The position numbers and the translations under genes were made by a program. A DNA stretch of 64,000 nt, taken from Octopus vulgaris. Its lineage: Eukaryota. Below the pieces are notes generated by a model. It was not told the DNA's origin, searched no databases, and worked only from the letters and a program-made list of their open reading frames with translations. Each line of letters opens with the position of its first letter. The first letter of the stretch is position 1. The stretch is taken from NCBI GenBank assembly GCA_951406725.2, contig OX597817.1, positions 18,786,001 through 18,850,000 on the forward strand, given 5' to 3'. Below are positions 41,043 through 54,221 of the stretch, in pieces.

Positions 41043-41560
41043 CAGTACCAGGCAGTGGCTCTCATGGCTTCTGATCTTAACTGATTGGAAGTGTTATCAT
41101 TACATTGTTTTGTCTTGGTATAAAAGATACAGCAAATATTCTGCTCAATACCACAGATTTGCTTTCAGTTGTTTGATTAACCAGTTGAGCATGTCCCTTA
41201 GTGGCTGACGATATGTGCATCTCTGATCACGAGCAGAAGTAGTGGGATAGCATTAGCCATGTGTTGAGAAGGATTCTTTGGGGTTTATTATTATCTGAAA
41301 CATGGGTGTTTCGTTCAACGTCCTTAAACAACCCTTATTCAGGGACCTTTTGAGCGGGATGGGTTATCGATCTGAAAAATTCTAACTGGGCTCCATGCAA
41401 GGTATGTGCTGTTTATCTTGATATGAGATCACCATGTCGCGCACATATGGTTGTGATGCATGTGCCTGGTGTACCCTTATCAGACGGTAGTCATGATGGG
41501 TATACTGGGCTTCGTATATTTTACCCCAGTGTCACTTTGATGGCATGCTCTGCTCGCTAA
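41042..41560 (+). mobile_element. ~520-bp (AAT)n-embedded retroelement/SINE-like repeat
   Basis: Flanked by (AAT)n on both sides. Its 3' ~110 bp recurs at 9738-9855. Confidence 0.7.
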
Positions 41561-41572
41561 TCAATAATAATG

Positions 41573-41660
<88 letters not shown>

Positions 41661-41700
41661 GAAGAAGAAGAAGAAGAAGAAGAAGAATAACATCGAAAAA

Positions 41701-41837
41701 TACCTTAGGAATGAGAACTCAAGTTCGAAATTTCCCCAAGACACCTGATGAAGGCTGAATGGTATATCAGCCGAAACGGTGTTAACAACAAGCAAGACGA
41801 GGACAAATATCCGTCAAATGTACATAATGTAAATAAT
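41701..41837 (+). mobile_element. Short repeat family B with hammerhead-like motif (41740-41783)
   Basis: GACAC-CUGAUGA-A-GGCUGA-auggauua-like loop-UCAGCC-GAAAC-G-GUGUU. The core and stem II are intact; the cleavage triplet is lost by a 2-nt deletion relative to the 40789 copy. Confidence 0.75.
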
Positions 41838-44439
41838 GTTAATAATAATCATTAATACAATGTTATATAAATCAACAGAGGTAAGAGTAACACAGATTTG
41901 GAAAAACTTAATAATTATTGAACTAGATAAAGTATAATACACAAATAAAAGAAAAATGTTAGTAAGCAATTTCATTGCGACATTAGGTTAATGTGTCTAT
42001 AAACTATATAGAGCTAAATGCCAAACTTGAGGCGATAGGCATCAATAAACTAGCAGTTCTAATAATAAATGTATGACTGGAAGCTAGGTGAATTAGTGAA
42101 ACTAGACAGGAGGACGAAAAGAATAATGACTTCATTTAGTATATACTATTCAAAAGCCAACGCTGAAATACTGTAGAGGTCTTCAGGAACTATAAACAAC
42201 TTGTTACAAAATATCTACTGTGCACTTACAATAATACTTACTAAAATGCGAAAGGAAACAAATACAAGTAGCTGAAATATGCCAACGACACACAATAAGA
42301 TCCTGTTTGTTTTTTTTAATGAAGGCAACGTAAGGTAAGAAACTTTTGTGAGGCGGACTGAGAAAGAGCAACAACGTTCTTAAAAGTTTATAAACGAAAT
42401 CGAAAGTGAATTATAAAACGTCACACTCAGAATCTGGTAATAAAAGGACTTGCATGAGAAGGTCAACGTGGGATAAATTAATTTAAAATTGACTGTGATG
42501 TGGAGGATTAAAAGATGAAACAGTGTAAGTTTGCCTCTCAGCCAAAAATATTCTCATTTGAAATTCTGAAACGTATACAATGTAGCAAATATGGATAACT
42601 GTAGAATATATACAAAGTTAAAACAAATATCTAGCGATATTGTTTCTGTCCGTTCGATGTGTATATATTCCTTTTTACATAAGCTTGATAGAAATATGTA
42701 TACAGGTCTGACAACGCTTGAGATTTCATCAATGAAAACATTATAGATATTATGAAAAATACCTTGGAAATTGATGGCATCTATATTTCCACCAAAGTCT
42801 CTCAAGGAATGATATGCTTGAACATTACAATGTAAATATATACAAAGTAAGTATTGATAACATAGAAGGTGATACTAAACAGAATAAGTAGATATTTCTT
42901 AAAGTTAGTGTATCATCCCAAAGAAAGACAAAATATGTTGGCAAAATAAAGAAAATATCAAAATATATTGGTTTTGAAACAGAGATAAGAAGTTCCATTG
43001 ATGGAAGCAGAAATAATCTTTGTAAAATTAGGTGTCTTGATTGTGATGAAAAATACCTAGAAAAATGCATAATCAAAACATCAAGGTAGGGGCAATATTA
43101 TTAATACTCACTGTAACACATTACTTAAAATAACTTTCAATACAATTGAGAACCAAAACCAAAACTGTGCATCTGCCTAAACACAGAGTATCCAGCTTAC
43201 TTGTATAATCTATGTATTCATTAGAGATAAAATGAGTTAAAGAGTAGTGAAAGTTATAATTAGTATTTTGTTTTTAATGATAATGGAGTTTACATTCGAA
43301 TGAGAGGTCACTGAATTTTACGGAGAAGTGTATGCTGGTTGCCAATAAAGGTAACATTTCCCAAAACCATTTTATGAAGACACTGAGAATTATTACGAAA
43401 TTAAACCAGGACATGTATTCCAATTTAGAAACGATTGCTGCAGTAATATACATAGCATCTTATGTAATGATTGTTTCTTTCAAATATTCTGCCCTGTAAA
43501 ACGAGTAAACAGGTGTGTTTTACGTTATGTAAGAGAAGTTAACTAGTTATCGAAATTTATGCTTTCTCACCCCAAATACCATTTCTTAACATAACTAACA
43601 TAAACAGTAAATAATTGCCTGTGAAACGACCGAATAAATTTAAACATATACAGACACAGACACAGACAGACACACAGACACACACAAACACACCGGTACA
43701 CAAGATGTAATCTGTTATGCTATTTTGGTGCAATAACAGATAAATAAGTTACGGGAAGGAAAACATCGTACAGAGTAAATTTATCATAATTAAGGCTATT
43801 TGTTGATCACTTACACGATTTAAACATTTGTAACATTTCCTGGTTTCTCTAACAACGGTAATTTCAGTCTCACACATAGCTATTTACTACTCGATAAAAG
43901 TTCTGACAGTAACCATAAACACAATATATAAAAATAAAACAAAATAGGTAAATGAATATGTAAAATGTGATAGCGGGAGATTAAGTATGATAAAACTTTC
44001 TTAAAAGTTTTAACAATATATGCATGGTATTGAATATATTAATCATATATTAGGAATATATTAAGGGAAACGAAAGCCGTCAGACATATCAAAATTGGTT
44101 AATAGTTAAATCCTGGCTCATTGATTTCATTGTTTTGCATTTTAATTTTAGAGATAGACCTATTGCAAAATCTATATGAGCAACCATTTATACGTTGCTT
44201 ATGAAGGTATGCACGATTTCACGCGCATATATATCAGCAAGCAAATACATACACGTCCCTACGCGCATAGTTGCACATTCACTCACACATAAGCACGCAC
44301 ATGCATAAGTTGAAAGATTCGAATTTTTTTATATACACAAATTCGATTTTAAATATACATGTACTTCTTCACGTGAGAATAGATATCGATAAGGTTACAT
44401 ATGTGATGGGCGTCTGTACGCATGCATTTACACCTGTGT

Positions 44440-44475
44440 TTTACACACACACACACACATGCACATATACATGTG

Positions 44476-44529
<54 letters not shown>

Positions 44530-44631
44530 CACGTATATATATTTATATCTATTCATCTGTCTATCTATCTGTCTATCTATCTATGTAATTATCTATTTAT
44601 CTATCTATCTGTCTCTCTGTCTATCTGTCTG

Positions 44632-44709
<78 letters not shown>

Positions 44710-44710
44710 A

Positions 44711-44744
<34 letters not shown>

Positions 44745-44780
44745 ATCTGTGTGCAGCCCTGTGTGGCTAATAAAGAAACA

Positions 44781-44847
<67 letters not shown>

Positions 44848-44866
44848 TTATCTATCTTTCTATCTA

Positions 44867-44957
<91 letters not shown>

Positions 44958-44960
44958 GCA
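44440..44960. repeat. Compound (CA)/(TA)/(TCTA)/(TC) microsatellite
   Basis: Direct reading. Confidence 0.95.
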
Positions 44961-45767
44961 TATATAAATATGTGTATAAATATGCAAGTATGTAATACAC
45001 CAAAAAGATGCTGATGAACCACAGTAATGCTACTCGTTTTCTCGTTGTTTCCCTTGGTTCAGGCGTAGTTGTCTTATCGATTGCTTGTATGAAGAAATTT
45101 TATATTAGCTTCTTCGGTTAAATTAACTCCACTCTATGTATTGAGTACTCTTTCTCTCGATAGCACCCTGATCAAATACCATGCTTAAATCTTATGACAA
45201 ATTTCTAGTCTAAGCGGAAATACAACAAAAAAATATGACTTGAATTATTCTAGTATTTCAAGAACCTTAGAAATGGAATTACAATACATATTGATCCCAA
45301 ATTAGAAGACAAATTTAAGTAAAAAAAAAAAACCCCAAAAAACAAACAAACATCGACAACAACACAGTAAATATTTCTCTTAATACGAATGGCAAGCTAA
45401 CTCTACAAATACTGATAAATAACGAAAATGATAAAAGTAACATCCGCGTTGAAGAAAGATAAAATATCGTGAAAATAAATTGTCTTCTTGATGTTAACAG
45501 CTTATTCAGCAACATTACGCAGGATACACGACCTGGCTTACAGTTAAAGTGAGCAAATGCATTTCTGCTGCAAATGCTCGACACTTCAATATAGTCATAC
45601 TTGTTAATGTATGTCAGAACGAAAAGATGTGTCTTATGTGGTTGTGTAATGCATATTTCTCTGTCTGTATGGATGTATATATGTATGTATGTTTGTATGT
45701 ATGTACGTAATTATAACAACAGATGTGCATATATATATAAGCATGTATGTATATGCATATGTGTGTG

Positions 45768-45798
<31 letters not shown>

Positions 45799-45801
<3 letters not shown>

Positions 45802-45959
45802 CGCAGGGGCGGCTGTGTGGTAGCTTGCTTACCAACTACATGTTTCCAGGATCAGTCCTACTGCGTGGCACCTTGGGTAGGGGTCTTCTGCTATAGTCTC
45901 GAGCTGACCGAATCCTTGTGAGTAGATTTGATAAATGGAAACTGAGGGAAGCCTGTCAA

Positions 45960-46008
<49 letters not shown>

Positions 46009-46235
46009 GAGTGTATGTATTGTGTGTATGTATGCTTGTGTGTCTATGTTTGTCCCGCCGATGGTGGTGTGTTTACATCCCCGTAATATAGCGATTCGGC
46101 AAAAGAGACCGATGAAAATAAGTACTCGGCTTGCAAAGAGTAAGTTCTGGAGTCTATTTGCTCGACTTAAGGCGGCGTCCCAGCATGGCCGCAGTCAAAT
46201 GACTGAAACAAGTAAAGGAATGAAAGAATAAAAGA
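45799..46235 (+). mobile_element. SINE S2
   Basis: Homologous to 14252-14665 along its length. Confidence 0.85.
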
Positions 46236-46267
46236 ATATATATATATATATATATATATTAAAAAAT

Positions 46268-46457
46268 GTGACCTCTTGTTGGCGATTTTTTTTTCCTCTG
46301 TCTTCCCTTCTCTGAATCTTTCCTTCTCCTAAGTTTCCGACGAAGAGCTTCGCTCGAAACGTTAAATCCTCCTTCTTTCCTGAGCGTCCAATAATACTAT
46401 ATTTGTTCCACGTCCTCGCGTTGTTGTGTTTTTTGTACTTTGTTGTTTGGATTAACT
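46268..46457 (+). mobile_element. Family A short repeat with hammerhead-like motif (46333-46367)
   Basis: GUUU-CCGACGA-A-GAGC-UUC-GCUC-GAAAC-GUU-AAAU, flanked by (TA)n on both sides. Confidence 0.75.
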
Positions 46458-46519
46458 TTATATATATATATATATAAGAATAAAAGAATATATATATATA
46501 TATATATATAAGAATAAAA

Positions 46520-46565
<46 letters not shown>

Positions 46566-47236
46566 GGAGAGAGAGAGCGGTGAGAGAAATACATAGATAT
46601 GTTGTCATAGCAGAGATAGATAAACAGAGAAACAGATATATACATAGTCATACAAGCACAAATAATCACACGCAGTGACACAGTCAAATAGCCACAAACA
46701 CACAATCATGAATATGTTTCTTGTGTTCATGGCTGTTTGATTAAAATATAATGCGTATAAATATATACATATATATTTTATATTTAAAAGGTAAAGAACT
46801 TAATGGTCGAGAGAAAGATAAATTACAGAACGAAAATGAGGATATGAACAGAACTCGTGTTTGTATGATATTGGGATAGAGTTAGTTTTCTTTTATAAAA
46901 CCTTTTGTCGTCTCTCGTAGGAGTCAAAGTTGAAAAGATTCCAATAATACTGCACTGACTCACCATGTCGATAAGGATTGTTATCATTACAGTGAAGCAG
47001 TCATGAAACATTTCGCTTTTGTTTTCAAATTCCCTAGGAAAAAGCCAATAATCTGTTGATTGTTTTATCATCACACATATGAAATGCTGAAATGCTCATA
47101 CACTCTCACACACACACACATGCATGCACAAACAGACACTCACACATATATTTGTTTTATGTATGTATGCATGTATGTATGTATATATGTGTTTATGTAT
47201 GCATGGGTGAGTGTATGTACGTATGCATGTATGCAC

Positions 47237-47295
<59 letters not shown>

Positions 47296-47305
47296 AAGTG
47301 AGAGT

Positions 47306-47343
47306 GAGAGAGAGACGTGTGTATATGTTTAAAGATAGATAGA

Positions 47344-47401
<58 letters not shown>

Positions 47402-47441
47402 CATCTATCTATCTTTAAACATATACATACGTCTCTCTCTC
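47306..47441. repeat. Near-perfect palindrome centred on (TA)n
   Basis: gagagagagacgtgtgtatatgtttaaagatagatagatgt (47306-47346) versus acatctatctatctttaaacatatacatacgtctctctctc (47401-47441), one mismatch. Confidence 0.9.
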
Positions 47442-47472
47442 TCTCTATGTATATATATATATATATATATAT

Positions 47473-47511
<39 letters not shown>

Positions 47512-48061
47512 AAGAGCGCAAAAGAGAGGATAGGGTGGAGAGTGAAATATAAACAGAGACAGACATATGTATATAAACGAAGGTAAGATAAACAGCGAGA
47601 GCTTTCCTTCCTGAAAGTAGGGTTAAAAATATTATTATATGTTATTGAAAAATAGAAATTCAGAAATATTTATTCGGACGTTAGTGAAAAATATTTGTTT
47701 ACACATTTAGACCAGTGAAAGCAGTGTTGCAAGTAAACAAACAATTATATAATTTCAGATGTGCTTGGTACATATGTAACATGTACTAGAATTCTTGCTT
47801 TAGGCTTTTCCCTAACTTAGAATTGAAAAAAAAAAGTAGGTGTAGCGATTAGTGCAATATCAGCTTTCTGTCTGTTTGTCTGTCTGTCTGTCTATATGTA
47901 TGTATGTGCGCGTGCGTATACATTTGTATTTGGATGAAATATACAAATAAATATTAATCGGTGTCTATTTATTTGAATATATTTATAGAAATATATATAT
48001 ATGTACACACATACACGTACACACGCTATCATATATGTCTCTGTGTGTATAAGATAAATGC

Positions 48062-48098
<37 letters not shown>

Positions 48099-48439
48099 TG
48101 TGTGTGCCTGTGTGTGGCGGGTTGCGCGTATATATGTATACATCCATTAATGTTTACACAAATTGAAACTGACCAAATTAGCACAACATTGCCAGCTGTA
48201 ACGACGTGAATGAATTAATTCATAGGACCACTATTTCGCAGTAGGTTAAATAAGACTTTAAATTGAAATTTGTAAAGGTGTTTTATGTTTAATCGCAACT
48301 TAAATGTCGTGTATGGACTTCTATACTTTTAATGTATTCTGTGCAGAATTTCTACAGTCGAGAAGGCAAACAATAACAACACTTTTGTATTTTATAGCAG
48401 TAGCTGTTACTGTCCAGTTTTGTACAATATACTACACAT

Positions 48440-49265
48440 CAAGGGATCATTAGATATTTTTCCTTGTATCTTGGTTAAAAAGAGACGATGAGCGATGGCT
48501 AGAAGTATATTGAGCTCTTCATAACCAGCTGATCTAGCAAGCGGGGCCTCATATCAGCATTGATGCCGTCGATTGGTAGGCCCCGAAACAGTGCGCATTC
48601 TCTCCTGATGACCCCATACACTTGCTAGCTTCCGGTATACGGAGCTTTTAACTGGTAGCACTTGCATGTGCAATTTGGTTGCAAGACATTTATGAACACG
48701 AGCAATATGTATCCTTATTCGTTCACAGGCATGGCTTTCGGTTTCTGTCCTCATTTTCCTTTGCTCGTTATTGAGTCATAAATTTCCATCATTTGATCAG
48801 CCTGAACATCCTCAAATGCCCATTTTCTTTTTTTTTTTTTCCATGTAACTTTATTCTTCTGAAAGCCTTTTGTTCACTATGTAGCATTGGCCATCGACAA
48901 ATTGTCCCCTTTCTCTTCAACTCTGGGTTGTTTGCTGCCCTTCAGTTTGATCCCTATTCCTCCTTGCGACTTTCGTCAGGATTTTGCTGCTCCGCATGGT
49001 ATTTTTCCCTGAAGAGGTGCCTTTCCTCTCACAAGTTTTATTGGTTTGCAATTCCCGTCAATGCTTCTGTAATTTTGCTATTTTCCAGACAGAGTACGTC
49101 AGTCTTAGACCATTTTTTTCTCTCTCGGAATAGGTGATCCACATTAGTCTACCATCTACGATTTGAAGTATCCTGCGTGGGAGGCTCCACCTCAATATTG
49201 TATTCCACTAGTATAACTCTTAGAGTCATGGAGGCACATAAGCTTCTCCCGTCAACAAGGACTGG
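48440..49265 (-). mobile_element. Probable decayed RTE-type LINE fragment
   Basis: Minus-strand remnant MLHSEQKAFRR (EQxGFR-like) and RTE-like flanking sequence. Highly degenerate. Confidence 0.35.
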
Positions 49266-50220
49266 ACAATGTGGTAAATGAAAATATTACTCAGGGCAAA
49301 TTTAGCCAGAATACTCATTCATCTTTAAGACGAAATTTGAAGGAAATTTTTCATGAAAATTTTCTAGTATGTTTGGCTCTTTATAGATTTATGTTTATCT
49401 TATAGTTTTTGTTTCAGCGTATGTGTGTATGTCGGTAATTTTTTTAAAGTTTTGTTTCGTTTTTATTGTTGGAATTGCTTCCTCCTTCATCATTTCATAA
49501 GTTTCTCGTATGAAGTCTTATAAACACACATTTATAATTTTAATTTATCGGTGGTAATTGCATTTTAAATCTTGACGTACAGAGCCAAAAACCTTTACTT
49601 GATTCATAAAACATTATTTTCTCAATTTCCGTAGACGTTTTTAAAAACTAATTCATCTTAAGCCACCCTCCCTCATTATTTTTCTTTGTATTTCTTACTT
49701 TCTCTGTCATATACATACACACATACACACGCGCTCGAACACACACACGCGCGCTCGCACACACACACACACGCGCTCGCACACACACACACGCATACAC
49801 ACAAAGAAGCAAACACAGACATTAAACAGCGTAAATTAAAGTACGATGTTACCGCTATATCTTTTTTAACTAAGATTTCCGATATTAGCATTCGAAATCA
49901 GGGGGTCGAAAATAAAGTCTGTAGGTTATTTACTGCTTGTATTTATGGTTTCTTTGAATTCTCTGGCAGCATAACCCCAATAATGACAAATATTTCATGA
50001 ACCGAAAAGTTAGGAATTGGAGTTCTATAAGTTTTCAACGCCGTTTTACTAGGGTTAATATACGCATAAATTCACTACTATAATTAATCGTAACACCCAC
50101 TTTCTCTCCTTATCGCTGTCTCTCTCATATTCGTACACTCAAACACACACACACATACATACATACATACATACATACATACATACATACATACATACAT
50201 ACATACATACATACATACAT

Positions 50221-52695
50221 GGTTCCCCACTCATGGATGCTAGAAGCCCTTCAACTTGCTAAAGTTCCAGTGAGAAGTCAAAGCTATAGCTGTTACAACT
50301 TCATCGTGGGCCACTATCTTGAAATTAAAAACTGAGTGAATGCACTATCACTGATAGAATACCGTATCGCAAAAGCATATTCCGAGGGGACAGCCTCTCT
50401 GTAATGTTGTTTATACTTTCCGTGAACCCCTTGTCGTTCATGTTAAAGAAGTCTGTAGGATACGTCACTGGTTCACAAGGAAACAGAAATACCAAAATTA
50501 CACATTGTGTCTTTGTGGATGGCTTAAAACTGTATGCAAAGAATAAGCACGAGATGAAAAAGAGCCTTGACCTAGTTACATCATTCTCAAAGGATGGAGG
50601 ATTGAAATTTGGTCAGAATAACTGTTGTTATATGGCTCTGGGAAGCGGGGAAAACTATACACCAGATTAGTAACATCTCCATTAATAGTGTGACAGTTTC
50701 CCCTGTATCTAATGAGGAATGTTACAGGATACCTAGGGGTGGATGAAAATATATCTTACAGTGGCACATGTAACAAAACACTTATCACCAAACATATTAC
50801 AAACGAATAAAGAAAATTTGGATCTTTGAACTCTCTACATTCAATAAAACAGTATCCCCCAATGTGTTTGCAGTTCCAGTACCCGTGACAATATTTGGGA
50901 TGCTTGACTGGACGCTTGATGAGATCCGAGCCATTGATGTGAAAACACGAAAAATACTAACAAGCACACACAGTTTCCACATAAACAGTGATGTAGACCA
51001 CCTCTACCTAACGAAAGCAAGGCAGAAGAGGCTTAACATCGATTCAAAATGCCTTTGAATGTCGCATTATATCCCTTCGGCAACATCATTTAACCACCAA
51101 GTATCAAAGTGCATCCCATGACCAAGTTTGCATACATGAGGCTGATAACATCATCAGACTTGGAATGCAGCTCCTTTAGCAACACTCTTTGTCTTTGTCT
51201 CATAACGTAGAATACATGCGGGAGGCGCAATGGCCCAGTGGTTAGGGCAGCGGACTCGCGGTCGTAGGATCGCGGTTTCGATTCCCAGACCGGGCGTTGT
51301 GAGTGTTTATTGAGCGAAAACACCTAAAGCTCCACGATGCTCCGGCAGGGATGGTGGTGATCCCTGCTGTACTCTTTCACCACAACTTCCTCTCACTCTT
51401 ACTTCCTGTTTCTATTGTACCTGTATTTCAAGGGGCCGGCCTTGTCACTCTCTGTGTCACGCTGAATATCCCCGAGAACTACGTTAAGGGTACACGTGTC
51501 TGTGGAGTGCTCAGCCACTTGCACGTTAATTTCACGAGCAGGCTGTTCCGTTGATCGGATCAACCGGAACCCTCGTCGTCGTAACCGACGGAGTGCTTCC
51601 ATCCCAGAATACATGCCCAAAGAAATCGCACGAGTCTACCGCAACGTATCATCAGATAAAAGATGAGCCTATATGAACATAAGCCTATGAATAGATATGT
51701 TATTAGAACGCTCCGTGATGATAGTGACATCGATCATCAAAGCTGTTTATCATGGACAAATAGCCGGATTACCACCTCCCACTTTGAAGGGTATGAGTTT
51801 GCAATCCAGGAACAGGAAATATCAACCAAGTACTTGATGCACAAAAGGGACAGAGATGCAGGAAAAAGCCGTAAGATGTGACAACCGATGCAGACTTTGT
51901 GGATTTCACACTGAAGATACCACCTACACCATAAGCAGTTGTCCGAAAATGTAATCACGGTATTATCTACCGATGAGACATGTCGTTGCAGCTAGGAAAC
52001 TCTATAATAAAATCCGTCGGTTGGATAATCCCTAGGACAAAGAAATAAGAACCTACAATATAACAGAAGCCATAGCTACTAATAATAAAAAGGAATACTG
52101 GTGGAATGTTCCAGTGAATACCTCAATAAAATGTAAGCACAACAGACCTGATATAATGATTTAGGATAGAGAATAGAAACTGTGCACAGTTGTGGAATTT
52201 AGCAGTCCAGCGGATGTTAACAAAGCTCAAGATCAGTAAAAAAGAGAAAACTTATGCTGATATTTGAAAAATCTGCAGTTACTCTATCCAGATTGCAAGG
52301 TCAAGTTTATACCTGTAATTATTAGGGCCTTGGGATATGTAATACACCGCCTAAATACCAATCTTGACAAATTCTCAAAATCAGAAAGGAGAAAGTTAAT
52401 TCGAAGGCTACAGATCCAATCCACCACTGGAACTGTAAAAATCTGTAAAACTTTCCAGAAGTTTATCCTTTAAATATATATGAACATGTTTATATATGCA
52501 ACTATATGCATGAGAATACATACATGAAACATACAAGTCTGCACAGACATACATACATGCATACATACATACATGCATACAAACAAACAAACAAAATACC
52601 TTGTTGTTGATGTTGAAATTCCAATGAAGGAGCCTTAGATCTAGGTTAGAAACTGGTTCTTTCTCTACTGGCAAAGAATGTTGAAATAAACTGAT
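50221..52695 (+). mobile_element. R4/Dong-clade LINE (RT plus restriction-like endonuclease), 5'-truncated, between (TACA)n tracts
   Basis: VPHSWMLEAL, IFRGDSLSVMLFILSVNPLS, HCVFVDGLKLYAK, FAIQEQEISTK, CRLCG...C.....RH, KHNRPDI, VEFSSPAD and KFIPVIIRALG, with stops and frameshifts. Confidence 0.9.
51221..51605 (+). mobile_element. SINE S3 nested in the R4/Dong LINE
   Basis: Family S3 sequence with 11-bp TSD agaatacatgc at 51209-51219 and 51606-51616. Confidence 0.95.
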
Positions 52696-52804
52696 AATGA
52701 CATACATACACACACATACATACATACATACATACATACATACATACATACATACATACATACATACATACATACATACATACATACATACATACATTAT
52801 TATT

Positions 52805-53040
52805 ATTATGGCTGCCCACTCGTTATCGAGTATGGCCATTGCACGAAGCTTAACTGTTACTGGTGCTGTGATCGAATGTGACTTTTTAGCCCAGCTAAAG
52901 ATCTACAATGTATTGTACAAAATTGGCAACTAAAACCTTTACTGGTAATAGCCGGCTGTAGTTGTAACTGGGCTTCATGTACCTTTGCATGTCGTTTAAG
53001 TCCTTCTGCCGAATTACACTCTCTTCCACATGCCCGACAG
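52805..53040 (-). mobile_element. RTE-type LINE 3' end with two C2H2-like fingers
   Basis: CRACGRECNSAEGLKRHAKVH and CQFCTIHCRSLAGLKSHIRSQH, then a short 3'UTR and an (AAT)n tail. 5'-truncated at (TACA)n. Confidence 0.65.
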
Positions 53041-54221
53041 ATACATACATACATACATACATACATACATACATACATACATTCATATATATAGACTAGG
53101 CTCTCGTATTTTTGGACACGTAGGCTGATGTAAAGTACCCTGAATCCTATATCGTAATACCTTCTTTGTCTTTGACCGTATTTGCACGTCTCATCCCCTA
53201 GCCACCAGTATTTGCCCTCTTGCCATTGCCCACCCCTAACGCCTTTTAGCAGATTATTGAATTATCCCACCATCCCATCATGCACTTTACTCATAACATA
53301 TGTATCTTCTGAATACACCAAACGGCCTGAACTTCGACGTCTATCTGTATAGCAACCATCTTAGCAATTTAGAACATTTCTGATTATATCTCTGCTATTC
53401 ATTCGCTCTGAGGATGACCTGTTACACTGGTTGGAACTTATACGACCTTTTGCTGCACTTTAAAGAACAGATGATAATGCTAATGGCGAGGATGGCTGTG
53501 ACGACAGTGACAATGCTTGCGATGATCAAGATGATGGTGATTTTAATGAATACGATGATGATAAGTAGATGATAGTGGAAGATGATCAGTGTACTGTTTA
53601 GGTTACTATTGTGTTGGATGTAGATTTTGAAGAATGGAGAAACACATACTATTTGAAAAGTAGACAAATAGACGATTAAATATCAGTAAGGTCAGTGCTA
53701 AGTAGAATTTTTCTCTGTTGTGTAGTTTGTTTTCATTGGTGCTGAAGAAAAGAAGAATAAAATATTAAATGAACATATTAAATATCTACGTGTCTTTGCT
53801 ATATTTTGTTCTCTGTGTGTCTCACCGATCCATTACTGAACAGTGGATCAATCATTCCCGAAGCTTCAACAAAACCTGTACAATACTGTCTTTGGAGATG
53901 TCCCACGAGACGTCGCCGGCATATCAATTTTATTGTCCATCCAGTTCCGCGTATTGTAGACATGTTTATTGTGATGTACGATTTCGTAGTAGTATTCCCG
54001 GCATAGCTTTCTTCTGTTTATTTAAATGATATTTACATATTTTTGTTTCTCTTAAATGTTTAGTAGAAGCTTAGATTCTTTCTATCTCATAGTAGACAAT
54101 GTGAAAATCGTCTTAAAAGTAATTTCAAGTACGTGTTTGTGCAAGAAAGACCAACATCATATATTCATGGTTCAATATGATACATACTGTGGGTATATAA
54201 TTAAAAAATAATCTTATTCAA

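Noticed and set aside
41850-43100. A-rich tract possibly from an old LINE (ISETR-like endonuclease motif near 42092)
   Set aside because: Too degenerate to assign boundaries or clade from sequence alone.
52857-53078. C2H2 zinc-finger gene
   Set aside because: There are only two fingers without TGEKP linkers, the start lies in a microsatellite, and an (AAT)n tail follows. This fits an RTE LINE 3' end better.
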